Assembly: GCA_900617105.1 (NCBI GenBank)
Contig: UYFQ01000032.1
Location: forward strand, 558,001-622,000
Source of the DNA: Hydrurus foetidus
Lineage: Eukaryota
Direction: 5' to 3'
DNA: 64,000 nt
Shown: positions 50,431 to 61,998 of the stretch, piece by piece
How the letters are laid out: every line of letters starts with the position of its first letter
How positions within the stretch are numbered: position 1 is the first letter of the stretch
Made by a program: the position numbers and the translations under genes
Notes under the pieces: model-generated
The model's database searches: none
Seen by the model: only the letters and a program-made list of their open reading frames with translations
What the model was told of the DNA's origin: nothing

Positions 50431-53418
50431 ATGTCCACCACACTGACCCCCGTTCACGCTGAGGCCCTGCCAGCGACCTCCTCCGCCAACAACACCTTGG
50501 CCCACTACCAAATCCTGCGCCGTAACGGTGCGGTTGTACCTTTTGAGCCCAGCAAAATCGCCATTGCCATGATGAAAGCCTTTTTGGCGGTTCATGGCAC
50601 CCAAGGCTCGGCATCGGCCAGCGTGCGCGAAGTGGTAGAAGTGCTGACGCAAACCGTGGTGCGCGCCCTGATGCGTTCGCGTCCCGGTGGCGGTACCTTC
50701 CACATTGAAGACGTGCAAGACCAAGTGGAACTCGGCCTGATGCGCGGCGGCCACCACGAAATCGCCCGTGCCTACGTGCTCTACCGCGAAAAGCACAGCC
50801 AAGAGCGCCAGCGCCAAGGCGTGAGCACGCTGCCCACGGCACCCCAGCTGCATGTGATAGACGGCGGCAAGCGCGTACCTCTCGACATGCACCAACTGAC
50901 CGCCTTGATCGCGTCCGCTTGCGCCAACCTGGGCGCAGAGGTCAAACCTGACCCCATCATGGCGGAGACATTGCGCAATTTGTATGACGGTGTGGCCATC
51001 GACGAAGTTCACAAAGCATCCATCCTCGCAGCCCGCACGCTGATCGAAAAAGACCCGGACTACACCTACGCCACCGCCCGCCTGCTGTTGCACACCATCG
51101 CCCGCGAAGTGCTGGGCCAAGAAGTCACGCTGGAAGGCATGGGCGCGCATTACGTCAACTACTTCCCTCAGTTCATCCAAAAAGGCGTGGACGCAGAGCT
51201 GCTGGACAGCCGTTTGCTCACCTATGACCTGCCCCGCCTGGCCGCAGCACTCAAAGCTGACCGTGATTTGAAGTTTGATTACCTCGGCCTGCAAACCTTG
51301 TATGACCGTTATTTCTTGCACGTGCGCAAGACCCGCATCGAGCTGCCTCAAGCGTTCTTCATGCGTGTGGCGATGGGCTTGGCGCTGAACGAAACCGACC
51401 GTGAAGCACGGGCGATTGAGTTTTACGAGGTGATGTCGTCGTTTGACTTCATGTCCAGCACCCCCACGCTGTTCAACAGCGGTACCCTGCGCCCCCAGCT
51501 TTCCAGCTGCTACCTGACCACTGTGCCTGACGATTTGGACGGCATTTACGAGTCGATCAAAGAAAACGCCCTGCTCTCGAAGTTTGCCGGTGGTTTGGGC
51601 AACGACTGGACGCGCGTGCGCGCTTTGGGCAGCCACATCAAAGGCACCAACGGCGAATCCCAAGGCGTGGTGCCCTTCCTGAAGGTGGTGAACGACACCG
51701 CCGTAGCCGTGAACCAAGGCGGCAAGCGCAAGGGCGCAGTCTGCACGTACTTGGAAACCTGGCACCTGGACATTGAAGAGTTTTTGGAACTGCGCAAAAA
51801 CACCGGCGATGACCGCCGCCGCACGCACGACATGAACACCGCCAACTGGATTCCCGATTTGTTCATGCGCCGCGTGATGGAAAAAGGCACCTGGACGCTG
51901 TTCTCGCCCTCCGACGCGCCTGATTTACACGACAAATTCGGGGCAGACTTCGAGCGCACCTACTGCGCCTACGAAGCTCGAGCAGCACGCGGCGAAATCA
52001 GTCCTTCGCGCACCATCCAGGCCAGCGATTTGTGGCGCAAGATGTTGACGATGCTGTTTGAAACCGGCCACCCTTGGATCACCTTCAAAGACGCCTGCAA
52101 CGTGCGCAGCCCCCAGCAACACATCGGCGTGGTGCATTCCAGCAACCTCTGTACCGAAATCACGCTGAACACCAGCGACACCGAAACCGCTGTGTGCAAC
52201 CTCGGTTCAGTGAACCTGCTACAACACCTGATCCCCGGCCCTACAGGCCAAGTGGGCGATATGGTGCTGGACCACGCCAAGTTGAAGAAAACCATCACCA
52301 CCGCCATGCGCATGCTGGACAACGTGATTGACATCAACTACTACGCGGTCAAAAAAGCGCGCGATTCCAACCTGCTGCACCGCCCTGTGGGCCTGGGCTT
52401 GATGGGCTTTCAAGACAGCTTGTACGAGCTTCGCATCCCCTACGCCAGCCAAGCGGCGGTGGAGTTCGCCGACACCTCGATGGAGGCCATCTGCTACTAC
52501 GCCTACTGGGCGTCGTCCGAACTCGCCAAAGAACGCGGCAAGTACGACACCTACACTGGCTCACTGTGGGACAAAGGCATCCTGCCCTACGACACGCTGA
52601 ACATGCTGGCCCGTGAGCGCGGCGGTTTGTACGGTGCCGCAGACACCAGCTTGGTGGATGTTGACCGCTCCATCCGCCTGGACTGGGACACCCTGCGCAA
52701 AAAGATTGCCGCTGACGGCATGCGCAATTCCAACTGCGTGGCGATTGCCCCCACGGCCACCATTTCCAACATCATTGGCGTTGACGCATCGATCGAGCCT
52801 TGCTTTGGCAACCTGTCGGTCAAGTCCAACCTGTCGGGTGAATTCACCGTCACCAACGCTTACTTGGTCAACGACTTGAAGCGCCTGGGCATTTGGGACG
52901 ATGTGATGGTGATGGACTTGAAGCATTTCGACGGCTCTTTGCAGCCCATTGACCGTGTGCCGCAAGACATCAAATCCCTGTACGCCACAGCCTTTGAAGT
53001 GGAACCCGTCTGGCTGGTCGAAGCCGCAGCCCGTCGCCAAAAATGGATTGACCAAGCCCAGTCGCTCAACATCTACATGGCCGGTGCATCGGGCAAAAAA
53101 CTGGACGACACCTACAAGCTGGCCTGGCTGCGCGGCCTGAAAACCACCTACTACCTGCGTACCCGCAGCGCCACCCACGCCGAAAAATCCACCGTATCGT
53201 CGAACAAGATGAACGCCGTGTCCTCCGGCCCTGGCAGCAGCATGACAAGCCCCGCCGCACTGGAAGCCGCCGCAGCGGTCAGCCGTGCGCAAGCGTCTGC
53301 CACGCCAGCAGCATCGGCGCTGGTCTCATCGGCCCTGCCCGATTTGACCGACATGACCCCAGCAACTGACATCAAGTTTTGCGCAATTGATGACCCTGGT
53401 TGTGAGTCTTGCCAGTAA
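50431..53418 (+). CDS. nrdA: Class Ia ribonucleotide reductase alpha subunit, apparently with two ATP-cone-like domains
   Basis: ILRRNG..FEPSKI cone, [41 protein letters not shown] end; ATG 50431. Confidence 0.96.
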   Translation: MSTTLTPVHAEALPATSSANNTLAHYQILRRNGAVVPFEPSKIAIAMMKAFLAVHGTQGSASASVREVVEVLTQTVVRALMRSRPGGGTFHIEDVQDQVELGLMRGGHHEIARAYVLYREKHSQERQRQGVSTLPTAPQLHVIDGGKRVPLDMHQLTALIASACANLGAEVKPDPIMAETLRNLYDGVAIDEVHKASILAARTLIEKDPDYTYATARLLLHTIAREVLGQEVTLEGMGAHYVNYFPQFIQKGVDAELLDSRLLTYDLPRLAAALKADRDLKFDYLGLQTLYDRYFLHVRKTRIELPQAFFMRVAMGLALNETDREARAIEFYEVMSSFDFMSSTPTLFNSGTLRPQLSSCYLTTVPDDLDGIYESIKENALLSKFAGGLGNDWTRVRALGSHIKGTNGESQGVVPFLKVVNDTAVAVNQGGKRKGAVCTYLETWHLDIEEFLELRKNTGDDRRRTHDMNTANWIPDLFMRRVMEKGTWTLFSPSDAPDLHDKFGADFERTYCAYEARAARGEISPSRTIQASDLWRKMLTMLFETGHPWITFKDACNVRSPQQHIGVVHSSNLCTEITLNTSDTETAVCNLGSVNLLQHLIPGPTGQVGDMVLDHAKLKKTITTAMRMLDNVIDINYYAVKKARDSNLLHRPVGLGLMGFQDSLYELRIPYASQAAVEFADTSMEAICYYAYWASSELAKERGKYDTYTGSLWDKGILPYDTLNMLARERGGLYGAADTSLVDVDRSIRLDWDTLRKKIAADGMRNSNCVAIAPTATISNIIGVDASIEPCFGNLSVKSNLSGEFTVTNAYLVNDLKRLGIWDDVMVMDLKHFDGSLQPIDRVPQDIKSLYATAFEVEPVWLVEAAARRQKWIDQAQSLNIYMAGASGKKLDDTYKLAWLRGLKTTYYLRTRSATHAEKSTVSSNKMNAVSSGPGSSMTSPAALEAAAAVSRAQASATPAASALVSSALPDLTDMTPATDIKFCAIDDPGCESCQ

Positions 53419-53459
53419 GCACACGCAACACACAACAACATGAACAACAAGGAATTTCT

Positions 53460-54692
53460 ATGCTGACCTGGGACGAAGACATCAAAACCGCCCTGCAAAA
53501 TGTGGCGCTGCCTGCAACGCCTGCACGAGCGCACAACCCGCACCAAGACCCGGGCCGTGTGGTGCATGTGTCGCCGCTGCACGCCCCGCAAGCCGTTGCA
53601 CAACCTGTCACACAGCCCGTCGCGCCAACCCTTGCTGCTGTGGTCCCCGTTCAAGCTGCTTTCGCTGAAGTGCGCCGCCGCGTCAACGCTGAAGACAAGC
53701 GCATCATCAACGGCAAAACAGACGTGAACCAGCTGGTGCCGTTCAAGTACAAATGGGCCTGGGAAAAGTACCTTGCTTCGTGTGCCAACCATTGGATGCC
53801 GCAAGAGGTCAACATGACGCGCGACATCGCGCTATGGAAAGACCCGAACGGCCTGACCGAAGACGAGCGCCGCATCATCAAGCGCAACCTGGGCTTTTTT
53901 GTCACAGCTGACTCGCTGGCGGCCAACAACATCGTGCTGGGCACCTACCGCCACATCACTGCGCCCGAGTGCCGCCAATTCCTGCTGCGTCAAGCGTTTG
54001 AAGAGGCGATCCACACCCACGCCTACCAGTACATCGTCGAGTCTTTGGGCTTGGACGAGAGCGAGATTTTCAACGCTTACAACGAAGTCGCGTCGATCCG
54101 CAACAAAGACGAGTTCTTGATCCCCTTCATCGAAGCGATCATGGATCCGAACTTCCACACGGGTACGCCTGAGAACGACCAAACGCTGCTGAAATCACTG
54201 ATCGTGTTCGCCTGCCTGATGGAAGGCTTGTTCTTTTATGTCGGCTTCACGCAAATTTTGGCGCTGGGCCGTCAAAACAAGATGACGGGGGCAGCCGAGC
54301 AGTACCAGTACATCTTGCGTGACGAATCCATGCACTGCAACTTTGGCATTGACCTGATTAACCAGATCAAACTCGAAAACCCAGGTTTGTGGACACCGGC
54401 GTTCAAAGAAGAGATCAACAGCTTGTTCCTGAAAGCCGTTGAGCTGGAATACAAGTACGCTGAAGACACCATGCCACGCGGCGTGCTGGGCATGAATGCG
54501 TCGATGTTCAAAGGCTATTTGCGCTACATCGCCAACCGCCGTGCCACGCAAATTGGGCTGGAAACCTTGTTCCCCAATGAAGAGAATCCCTTCCCTTGGA
54601 TGAGCGAAATGATTGATCTAAAAAAGGAGCGCAACTTCTTTGAAACACGCGTGATTGAGTACCAATCGGGCGGTGCGCTTTCTTGGGAATAG
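53460..54692 (+). CDS. nrdB: Ribonucleotide reductase beta subunit
   Basis: [24 protein letters not shown] (radical Tyr present), [16 protein letters not shown]. Confidence 0.96.
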   Translation: MLTWDEDIKTALQNVALPATPARAHNPHQDPGRVVHVSPLHAPQAVAQPVTQPVAPTLAAVVPVQAAFAEVRRRVNAEDKRIINGKTDVNQLVPFKYKWAWEKYLASCANHWMPQEVNMTRDIALWKDPNGLTEDERRIIKRNLGFFVTADSLAANNIVLGTYRHITAPECRQFLLRQAFEEAIHTHAYQYIVESLGLDESEIFNAYNEVASIRNKDEFLIPFIEAIMDPNFHTGTPENDQTLLKSLIVFACLMEGLFFYVGFTQILALGRQNKMTGAAEQYQYILRDESMHCNFGIDLINQIKLENPGLWTPAFKEEINSLFLKAVELEYKYAEDTMPRGVLGMNASMFKGYLRYIANRRATQIGLETLFPNEENPFPWMSEMIDLKKERNFFETRVIEYQSGGALSWE

Positions 54693-54911
54693 ACCGGGTA
54701 AAACGCAGGGCGAAAAATAATTTCCAGCCATGCGTTTTCAAGCCACAAAATTGACATAGATAGTCAAAATTTCAGGTACGCTCGAAGCCTTTAACACAAA
54801 GGCCGTGCGTGCATCGGTGTTCCTTGTTGTCGGCACAGGCCGAGCACGGCGCACCACGCGACACCACCACCCTGCGTGAAGTGTTCTTTGTAACTCCCCT
54901 AGGAGATAAAT

Positions 54912-55670
54912 ATGGCAACTGCGACAAAACCAGCACCCAAAAAAGCTGCGCCTGCAACCAAGGCAGCACCCGCAAAAAAAGCGGTTGCAACAGCAAAATC
55001 CGTAGCAGCACCCGCTAAAGCAGCGACCGCCGCGCCAGCACCTAAATCAGCAGCACCAGCCAAAAAAGCTGCGCCTGCAAAAGCAGCTGCTAAAGCACCC
55101 GTTGCCGCAGTTGTGAAAGCCGCCGTCGCACCAGCAAAAGCAGCCGCTCCAGCCAAAGTCGCAGCGCCTGCCAAAAAGGCTGCCCCCGTGAAAGCTGTAG
55201 CACCCGCTAAAGCTGCTGCACCGGCCAAAAAAGCGACAGCGCCTGCCCCCAAAGCAGCCGTTGCAGTCAAGGCCGCCACCCCTGCCAAAAAGGCTGTAGC
55301 TCCTGCGCCTAAAGCCGCAGCACCCGCAGCCGCTAAAAAAGCAGCAGCGCCAGCGAAAAAGGCTGTGGCCGCAGCACCCAAAACAACACCCAAAGCAGCG
55401 CCTGCGGTCAAAGTAGCACCTGCCAAAGCAGAAGTCAAAAAGCCTGTAGCCAAGCCTGTTGTCACCGCAGCAGTGGCCACCAAAAAACCTGCGGTAGCCG
55501 CTAAAGCAGCCCCCAAAGCTGCGTCGAAGGCAGCACCTAAAGCAGCAGCCAAGGCCACCAAGGCGCCTGCGGCTGTCAAAACCGTTTCAGCAGCACCTGC
55601 GGCATCTTCTGCACAAACAAAGCTGAACCCACAAGCCGCGTGGCCCTTCCCTACCGCCAGCAAGCCTTAA
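54912..55670 (+). CDS. Histone H1-like Ala/Lys/Pro-rich protein
   Basis: AGGAG SD, repeated PAKKAA motifs, AAWPFPT C-terminus, followed by a terminator. Confidence 0.85.
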   Translation: MATATKPAPKKAAPATKAAPAKKAVATAKSVAAPAKAATAAPAPKSAAPAKKAAPAKAAAKAPVAAVVKAAVAPAKAAAPAKVAAPAKKAAPVKAVAPAKAAAPAKKATAPAPKAAVAVKAATPAKKAVAPAPKAAAPAAAKKAAAPAKKAVAAAPKTTPKAAPAVKVAPAKAEVKKPVAKPVVTAAVATKKPAVAAKAAPKAASKAAPKAAAKATKAPAAVKTVSAAPAASSAQTKLNPQAAWPFPTASKP

Positions 55671-55700
55671 TTTCGGTTTTCTCTCGATTTTTCGAAATGC

Positions 55701-55735
55701 AAAAAGCCCGGCACCGCAAGGTGCCGGGCTTTTTT
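55701..55735. terminator. Bidirectional Rho-independent terminator
   Basis: AAAAAGCCCGGCACC-GCAA-GGTGCCGGGCTTTTT between convergent genes. Confidence 0.93.
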
Positions 55736-55766
55736 ACGGAGTATTCGTTGTAAAGAAATTGAAGGC

Positions 55767-56678
55767 TTAAGCCAACATCGCCCGCACGCTGTCGTCCAGC
55801 ACGTAGTTTTGCGGCCCACGTTGGGCGATTTTGAGCGCACCCAAGCAACCGCCTAATTCGGCACTGCGCAACAACGACCAGCCACGCTCTAAGCCGTAAA
55901 GCAAGCCACCACGGTAGGCATCGCCACAGCCCGTAGGATCAACCACGGCGGTGGGCTTGGTGGCTGGCACCAAAGTCCTTTCACCGTTGACCCAAACTTC
56001 GCTGCCCTGCGCACCTAGAGTAACGACCAAGCCACCCGGCACACGCTTTGAAATCTCTGCGCTGCTCAAGCCGGTGCGCTCGCTGAGCATCTTGCCTTCG
56101 TAATCGTTCACAGTGACCCACTGCGCTAGAGAGATAAATTGCGTCAAATCTGCACCATCGAACATGGGCAAGCCTTGGCCGGGATCGAACACAAAAGGGA
56201 TGCCTGCAGCTTTGAACTGTTGGGCATGTTGCAGCATGGCATCGCGGCCATCGGGGGAAACAATACCCAGTTTGATGTCACTGCGGGCTGTGACCACATT
56301 GGTATGCGCCTGCATCATCGCGCCGGGGTGGAAGGCGGTGATTTGGTTGTTGTCGCGGTCGGTCATGATGATGGCCTGCGCGGTGTGGGAATCGCTGACT
56401 TTGCCCACAAACTCGGTGCTGATGCCCAGTCCGTCCAGCCGCGCCATGTAGTCAGCGGCATCACTGCCCAACATCGCCATGGGCAAAGGCTCGCCACCCA
56501 GGAGTTTCAAACTGTAGGCGATGTTGCCAGCACAACCGCCAAAATCGCGGCGCAGCGCGGGCACCAGAAAGGACACATTCAGAATATGCAGTTGATCGGG
56601 CAAGATTTGCTCTGCAAAACGCCCTTCAAAACCCATGATGGTGTCGAAGGCCAAAGAGCCACAAATGAGAGAAGCCAT
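55767..56678 (-). CDS. PfkB-family kinase (adenosine/nucleoside kinase-like)
   Basis: ICGSLAFDTIM, FGGCAGNIAY, FDPGQ, NDYE, VDPTGCGDAYRGG. Confidence 0.9.
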   Translation of the reverse strand: MASLICGSLAFDTIMGFEGRFAEQILPDQLHILNVSFLVPALRRDFGGCAGNIAYSLKLLGGEPLPMAMLGSDAADYMARLDGLGISTEFVGKVSDSHTAQAIIMTDRDNNQITAFHPGAMMQAHTNVVTARSDIKLGIVSPDGRDAMLQHAQQFKAAGIPFVFDPGQGLPMFDGADLTQFISLAQWVTVNDYEGKMLSERTGLSSAEISKRVPGGLVVTLGAQGSEVWVNGERTLVPATKPTAVVDPTGCGDAYRGGLLYGLERGWSLLRSAELGGCLGALKIAQRGPQNYVLDDSVRAMLA

Positions 56679-56727
56679 AGCTGAACCTTAACGTCAATGA
56701 AGATGAAAATGGAGATAAAACTGAAAC

Positions 56728-57768
56728 TCAGGGGTAAAACGCCAGCACGCGGTAGCCTACAACGCTTTTGGCCAGTCCCGCCGCACCCGATGCTGAACCC
56801 GGTGCTGATCCCGTCAGCGCCACCACGTAAGCACCCGGCCACTCGCCTCCAGGCGCTACCACGCCAGACTTGGCCCCCATCTCACTGGGCAGGAACACGC
56901 GGCGCAGCAAGGGCGCGTCTTGCGCATCGGTCAGCGTCAATTCAATAGCAGGCTTGGCCAAGGGCACATTACCCGTGTTCTTCACCACAAAGCTCAGCAA
57001 GTAGGTGTCCCCACGTTGCTTGTTGAACGACGAGGTGTCCACCGTGATGAACTCGATCTGCCGCAGCGGATTGATTTGACAATGCAGCCAAGCACACAAG
57101 GCCAGCAAGGCAGGGCGTGTGCGGGCCTCCGATGCGGCAATGCGGTCGCGCTCATGAACCACCACCTGCAAACCTAACCCCACCAGCAACAGCAACGCCA
57201 ACACCACCAAACCCGCACGCACCAAGGGTTGGTGCCAAGGAGAAGGTGCTCGGGTTTTTGCAATAAAGGAAAAATCCTGCGCAGCAACGACTTCTGGGGG
57301 GCTCTCTACCGATGCCAAGGGTGCGTAGACAGAGGCGAGTTCAATGTCCAGTACAGGCTCGGATACAGGTACTGAATCGGGTTCGGGTTCAGATTCAGGC
57401 TCGGCAAAGCTTTGAGGCACATACGCGGACTCAGCTTGCTGAGGTTCACTCGTCGCAGGATGCCCCCAGGGACTCGGTTCTGGCTCAGGCGCAGCAATAG
57501 CGTCCAGCACCGGAGCGGCATCGTACGACTGAAACGATTGAAAGGGCTGAGGTGATCCGCTAGGCAAATCGGTGGGCCACAGCGTTGAGGTCTGAGCAAC
57601 AGGTTCGGGCGAAGCGACAGCGGTAAGGTCAAGTTCACGCAAATTCGCCGTGGAATCGAACACCTCGCTGCATTGCCCGCAGCGCACCCAGCCTTCTGAG
57701 ATTTTGAGCTGGTCGCGCACCACCTTGAACGTGGTGCTGCACGCCGGACATTGGGTGATGAGGCTCAT
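56728..57768 (-). CDS. MJ0042-type zinc ribbon + DUF3426 protein
   Basis: TQCPACSTTF..VRCGQCSEVF, low-complexity linker, TM, LCAWLHC, GYRVLAFYP end. Confidence 0.88.
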   Translation of the reverse strand: MSLITQCPACSTTFKVVRDQLKISEGWVRCGQCSEVFDSTANLRELDLTAVASPEPVAQTSTLWPTDLPSGSPQPFQSFQSYDAAPVLDAIAAPEPEPSPWGHPATSEPQQAESAYVPQSFAEPESEPEPDSVPVSEPVLDIELASVYAPLASVESPPEVVAAQDFSFIAKTRAPSPWHQPLVRAGLVVLALLLLVGLGLQVVVHERDRIAASEARTRPALLALCAWLHCQINPLRQIEFITVDTSSFNKQRGDTYLLSFVVKNTGNVPLAKPAIELTLTDAQDAPLLRRVFLPSEMGAKSGVVAPGGEWPGAYVVALTGSAPGSASGAAGLAKSVVGYRVLAFYP

Positions 57769-57802
57769 GCGCCGCGCGGGTTGTGCGTCATCGAGCCGCC
57801 CA

Positions 57803-58684
57803 TTACAGCGTGGCCGTCATCAGCACCCAGCCATCCTCGCTGTCGCTGACCTGAAGTTGACAGTAAGGCAGATAAGCCTCTTTCAACTCGTCCGTTTGGC
57901 GTTCCAAAATACCCGCCAACACCAAAGAGCCACCCGATGCCACATGGGCACAGAGCAAGGGAGCCAGCACTTTCAAGGGCGTGGCCAGAATGTTCGCCAA
58001 CACCGTGTTGTACAGCCCCGTTGCTTTTTCAGGCAAGCCCGTCAACAGCTGCACATGGTTGGTTTCAGCGTTCAACAGGGTGGATTCCACCGCAGCAGGG
58101 TCGATGTCCACCGCGTCCACGGTGGTGGCACCGTGCTTGGCCGCACCAATGGCGAGGATGCCGGAGCCACAGCCGTAGTCCAGCACACGACCCAGTGGAG
58201 CCCGTTGCCGCGCCGTCCAGCGCAAGCACATGCGCGTGGTGGGGTGGGTGCCCGTACCAAACGCTAAACCGGGGTCAAGGCGGATGACCTGGGTCGCTTG
58301 CGCAGGCGGCTCATGCCAGCTGGGAACAATCCAAAACGCGGGTGTGATCTCCACCGGCGCAAATTGCGATTGCGTCAGACGCACCCAATCTTGATCGGGC
58401 ACAGCAACCAACCCCAGTACTTGGCATGAAGCAAAGAAATCCTGTGCTGCGATTAACTGCTGGGCTTCTCTAGCTACGGATTCAATAGCAAATAACGCCA
58501 ACACACGCGAGCGGTTCCAACCGTCTTTGGGCGGGGGCATACCGGGTTCACCAAACAAGGCGTGCTCAGCATCGGTTTGCGCGTCGGCATCTTCCACGCT
58601 GACGCTGAGGGCATCAAGTGCTTCCAAAGCCTCGCTGACCACCTCAACGTGGTCTTGCGGGCACATCAGGCGCAGCTCAAACAT
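57803..58684 (-). CDS. prmA: Ribosomal protein L11 methyltransferase
   Basis: LDPGLAFGTGTHPTTRMCL, VLDYGCGSGIL, LANILA. Confidence 0.96.
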   Translation of the reverse strand: MFELRLMCPQDHVEVVSEALEALDALSVSVEDADAQTDAEHALFGEPGMPPPKDGWNRSRVLALFAIESVAREAQQLIAAQDFFASCQVLGLVAVPDQDWVRLTQSQFAPVEITPAFWIVPSWHEPPAQATQVIRLDPGLAFGTGTHPTTRMCLRWTARQRAPLGRVLDYGCGSGILAIGAAKHGATTVDAVDIDPAAVESTLLNAETNHVQLLTGLPEKATGLYNTVLANILATPLKVLAPLLCAHVASGGSLVLAGILERQTDELKEAYLPYCQLQVSDSEDGWVLMTATL

Positions 58685-58696
58685 GGCAAGCCTTCA

Positions 58697-60046
58697 TCAG
58701 CGTTTATGGTGGGCCAGCCACTCTTCCAGGTAATGGATGTTGGTGCCACCGGCCATGAATTTCGCGTCCACCATCAGCTCGCGGTGCAGCGGGATGTTGG
58801 TGTTGATGCCTTCCACCACCGTCTCAGCCAGCGCCGTGCGCATGCGCGCCATCGCCTCTTCGCGGGTATCGCCGTGGGTGATGATTTTGCCGATCATCGA
58901 ATCGTAATTCGGTGGCACAAAGTAGTTGGTGTAAACGTGCGAATCCACCCGCACCCCTGGCCCACCGGGCGCGTGCCACATGGTGATGCGGCCCGGCGAC
59001 GGCGTGAATTTGTACGAATCTTCAGCGTTGATACGGCACTCGATAGCGTGACCCCGGAAGATGATCTGGCGCTGTGTGAAGGGCAATTTTTCGCCCGCAG
59101 CCACCATGATTTGCGTCTTCACGATGTCAATGCCAGTAATCAGCTCGGTCACGGGATGCTCCACCTGCACGCGGGTGTTCATCTCGATGAAGTAAAACTC
59201 ACCGTTTTCAAACAGAAACTCAAAGGTGCCCGCGCCCCGGTAGCCGATCTTTTTGCAGGCCGCAGCGCAACGCTCGCCCACTTTTTCGATCAGTTTGCGG
59301 GGAATGCCGGGGGCCGGAGCCTCTTCAATGACTTTTTGGTGACGGCGCTGCATGGAGCAATCGCGCTCGCCCAGGTAAACCGCATTCCGGTGCTTGTCTG
59401 CCAGCACCTGGATTTCAACGTGACGCGGGTTTTGGAGGTATTTCTCCATGTACACCGACGGGTTGCCAAACGCGGCACCGGCCTCAGCCTTGGTCATCGC
59501 CACCGCGTTCACCAGTGCTGCCTCGGTGTGAACCACACGCATACCGCGCCCACCACCACCGCCTGAGGCTTTGATGATGACCGGGTAGCCCACGGTTTTG
59601 GCAATGCGACGGATCTGCACCGGGTCATCGGGCAGTTCGCCTTCAGAACCGGGCACGCAGGGCACGCCTGCTTTGATCATGGCTTGCTTGGCCGACACTT
59701 TGTCGCCCATCAAACGGATGGATTCGGGCGTGGGGCCGATGAATTGGAAGCCGCTTTTTTCAACACGCTCGGCAAAATCAGCGTTTTCGCTCAAGAAACC
59801 GTAGCCGGGGTGGATAGCTTCCGCGTCTGTCACCTCCGCAGCGGAAATAAGGGCGGGCATGTTGAGGTAGCTCAAGGGCGAAGCAGCAGGGCCAATGCAC
59901 ACGGCCTCTTCCGCCAGCTTGACGTACTTGGCTTCGCGGTCGGCTTCCGAATAGACCATCACGGCCTTGATGCCCATTTCACGGCAGGCCCGCTGAATGC
60001 GCAGGGCAATTTCACCGCGATTGGCGACCAGTATTTTTTTAAACAT
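58697..60046 (-). CDS. accC: Biotin carboxylase
   Basis: [51 protein letters not shown]. Confidence 0.97.
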   Translation of the reverse strand: MFKKILVANRGEIALRIQRACREMGIKAVMVYSEADREAKYVKLAEEAVCIGPAASPLSYLNMPALISAAEVTDAEAIHPGYGFLSENADFAERVEKSGFQFIGPTPESIRLMGDKVSAKQAMIKAGVPCVPGSEGELPDDPVQIRRIAKTVGYPVIIKASGGGGGRGMRVVHTEAALVNAVAMTKAEAGAAFGNPSVYMEKYLQNPRHVEIQVLADKHRNAVYLGERDCSMQRRHQKVIEEAPAPGIPRKLIEKVGERCAAACKKIGYRGAGTFEFLFENGEFYFIEMNTRVQVEHPVTELITGIDIVKTQIMVAAGEKLPFTQRQIIFRGHAIECRINAEDSYKFTPSPGRITMWHAPGGPGVRVDSHVYTNYFVPPNYDSMIGKIITHGDTREEAMARMRTALAETVVEGINTNIPLHRELMVDAKFMAGGTNIHYLEEWLAHHKR

Positions 60047-60091
60047 AGACTAAAACCAGGTAGCGCTGACTTGGGGGCGGCTGCGCGAGAC

Positions 60092-60550
60092 TTAAGCAAT
60101 GACCAGCATAGGCTGGCCGTACTCAACCGCTTGCCCGTTCTGGCAAAGAATCTGCGTGACGGTGCCCGATTTGTCGGCTTCGATCTCGTTGAGAATTTTC
60201 ATCGCTTCGATGATGCAGATGGTGTCGCCTTCTTTCACAACGCTGCCCACCTCGACAAATGAAGCCGCACCGGGACTGGAGCTGCGGTAAAAAGTACCAA
60301 CCATCGGGGATTTCACGGTGTGACCCACAGGGGCTGCTGGCACCTCGGCAACCACTTCAGACACCGCCACAGGGGCAGCCTGGGCCTGCATCAAGGGCGC
60401 AGCTTGCATGGGGGCCATCGCATAAACCTGTTGACCAGGGCCACCGCCTTTGACGATGCGAATTTTGCCTTCGGCTTCGGTAATTTCGAGTTCAGAAACA
60501 TTCGACTCCGATACCAAGTCGATCAATGTTTTCAGTTTGCGCAAATCCAT
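60092..60550 (-). CDS. accB: Biotin carboxyl carrier protein
   Basis: [26 protein letters not shown] biotinylation motif. Confidence 0.97.
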   Translation of the reverse strand: MDLRKLKTLIDLVSESNVSELEITEAEGKIRIVKGGGPGQQVYAMAPMQAAPLMQAQAAPVAVSEVVAEVPAAPVGHTVKSPMVGTFYRSSSPGAASFVEVGSVVKEGDTICIIEAMKILNEIEADKSGTVTQILCQNGQAVEYGQPMLVIA

Positions 60551-60708
60551 GAGGGCTCCAATGACTGCCGGTAAGAGGTTCGCGAATTTACCTCAAATTT
60601 GCATAAAACCGCGTCTTTATCGCTTAATTTCTTGTAATTTCTTTTAATTTCGATAAACGAGCAGTCCCTGCACGGCATTTTCAGGGGCTCTTTGGAGGCG
60701 TTGAACAC

Positions 60709-61323
60709 TCAGACTGGGGTGTAAGCCTCGCGCAAAGTCTGCAATTCCGCAGCCCCCAAGGTGCCTATTTTACGGTGAACAATGCGCCCCTGCGCATCAA
60801 ACACGACCGAGAACGGCAACGACCCTGCCGAATTCCCCAGTGAACGACTGATTTCTGTGCCCTCCAACCCCCCCATTGCCACGGGAAAGTTAAGTGGTGT
60901 TTTTTCCAAGAACTTGCGCACAGCGTTAGGCTGATCGATCGCCAAACCAATCACTTGCCAGCTTTTAGCCTTGTTTTCGCCAAAGAACTGGTTCAAAAGC
61001 GGCAATTCCTCCACGCAAGGGGGGCACCATGTCGCCCAAAAATTCAGCAGCAGTGGCCGGCCCATGAACGACTGCATAGCCAACGCATCGCCGGTGGGCG
61101 CATCAAAACGCATCCCCCAAAAAGCTTTTTCGCTGTCACTGGCCCCCTCTTTTCCGGCAACTGATCCGGTCGTGGATGGATGCCCTGCGCCCTGCTCTTC
61201 CTTCATGCTGCGCCAAGCCAGCCCGGCACCCGCCACCGTCGCCGCAGCGGCAACACCCAGCGTCAACCATTGGCGGCGAGCTTGCCCCCTTGCGGCGGCA
61301 ACATTATGTTCAGCGTTGTTCAT
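60709..61323 (-). CDS. TlpA-family disulfide reductase
   Basis: N-terminal RRQWL plus TM, LNFWATWCPPCVEELP, GSLPFSV. Confidence 0.9.
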   Translation of the reverse strand: MNNAEHNVAAARGQARRQWLTLGVAAAATVAGAGLAWRSMKEEQGAGHPSTTGSVAGKEGASDSEKAFWGMRFDAPTGDALAMQSFMGRPLLLNFWATWCPPCVEELPLLNQFFGENKAKSWQVIGLAIDQPNAVRKFLEKTPLNFPVAMGGLEGTEISRSLGNSAGSLPFSVVFDAQGRIVHRKIGTLGAAELQTLREAYTPV

Positions 61324-61325
61324 GT

Positions 61326-61922
61326 TCAAGCTTTTGTCTCTGTGGTTATCAATTGCTGCAACGCCGCCACATCCCCGCGCGGCACGCGGCCACGGCTGTC
61401 GGGGCGGAGTGCGCCACGCAAATCGTCGTAGTCGTACACCATCAAATGCACCCCAATCATCTCACCCAAAGTGCGGCACGTTGACCGCGTGCTGAGGGCT
61501 TCCACCGACTCTCCCCTGAAACCCATGATGGTGCGCGGCTCGTAGTCCACACGGTGGTTAATCAGGGCGATCTCTGCGGATTTGCAATCGTCGCAAAACA
61601 GCTGAATATAAATATCAGACAAGCGCGTGGCCGTGCCTTGCCACACCGCACCAGCCAAATGGGGACGAAATTCTTGCATCCGCTCCATCCAGGTCAGCGC
61701 CAGCGCCCGCAACGCTGCCAACTCGGCAGGCTGGGTATCTGCGCAGTAAAGGGCGATGTACTCGCGCACTGCACCATCTACCGCCTCGTTGTCGGGCAAT
61801 GCCGTGCGGGCGGGCAAGCCCATGCTTTTGACCGCCCGCCGCTTGGCCGGGCCGTATTCCAACCCCTCTTCAACCACAAGGCTGGCGGCGGCGGCGGCGA
61901 TTTCGGATTTCAAGCTGTCCAT
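61326..61922 (-). CDS. Conserved hypothetical protein, possibly nucleotidyltransferase-like fold
   Basis: EIAAAAASLVVEEGLEYGPAKRRA..LPDN..FRPHLAGAVWQGTATRLSDIYIQLF; divergent from mpl. Confidence 0.7.
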   Translation of the reverse strand: MDSLKSEIAAAAASLVVEEGLEYGPAKRRAVKSMGLPARTALPDNEAVDGAVREYIALYCADTQPAELAALRALALTWMERMQEFRPHLAGAVWQGTATRLSDIYIQLFCDDCKSAEIALINHRVDYEPRTIMGFRGESVEALSTRSTCRTLGEMIGVHLMVYDYDDLRGALRPDSRGRVPRGDVAALQQLITTETKA

Positions 61923-61998
61923 AGGGGTATTTTGCCCCGATTGGCCCTCAGCGCCTAGTGGCAAAGTCTGCCCCATAGGCCTCCCTACAATCTTGCCC

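Noticed and set aside
50308..51828. 506-aa antisense ORF over nrdA
   Set aside because: Shadow of nrdA with no independent coding signal.
53460..54692. Non-canonical (class Ic or Ie) RNR beta subunit
   Set aside because: The Asp first ligand, both ExxH motifs and the radical Tyr are present, consistent with ordinary class Ia.
54899..55663. 254-aa hydrophobic antisense ORF
   Set aside because: Mirror of the A/K/P-rich gene; the SD supports the plus strand.
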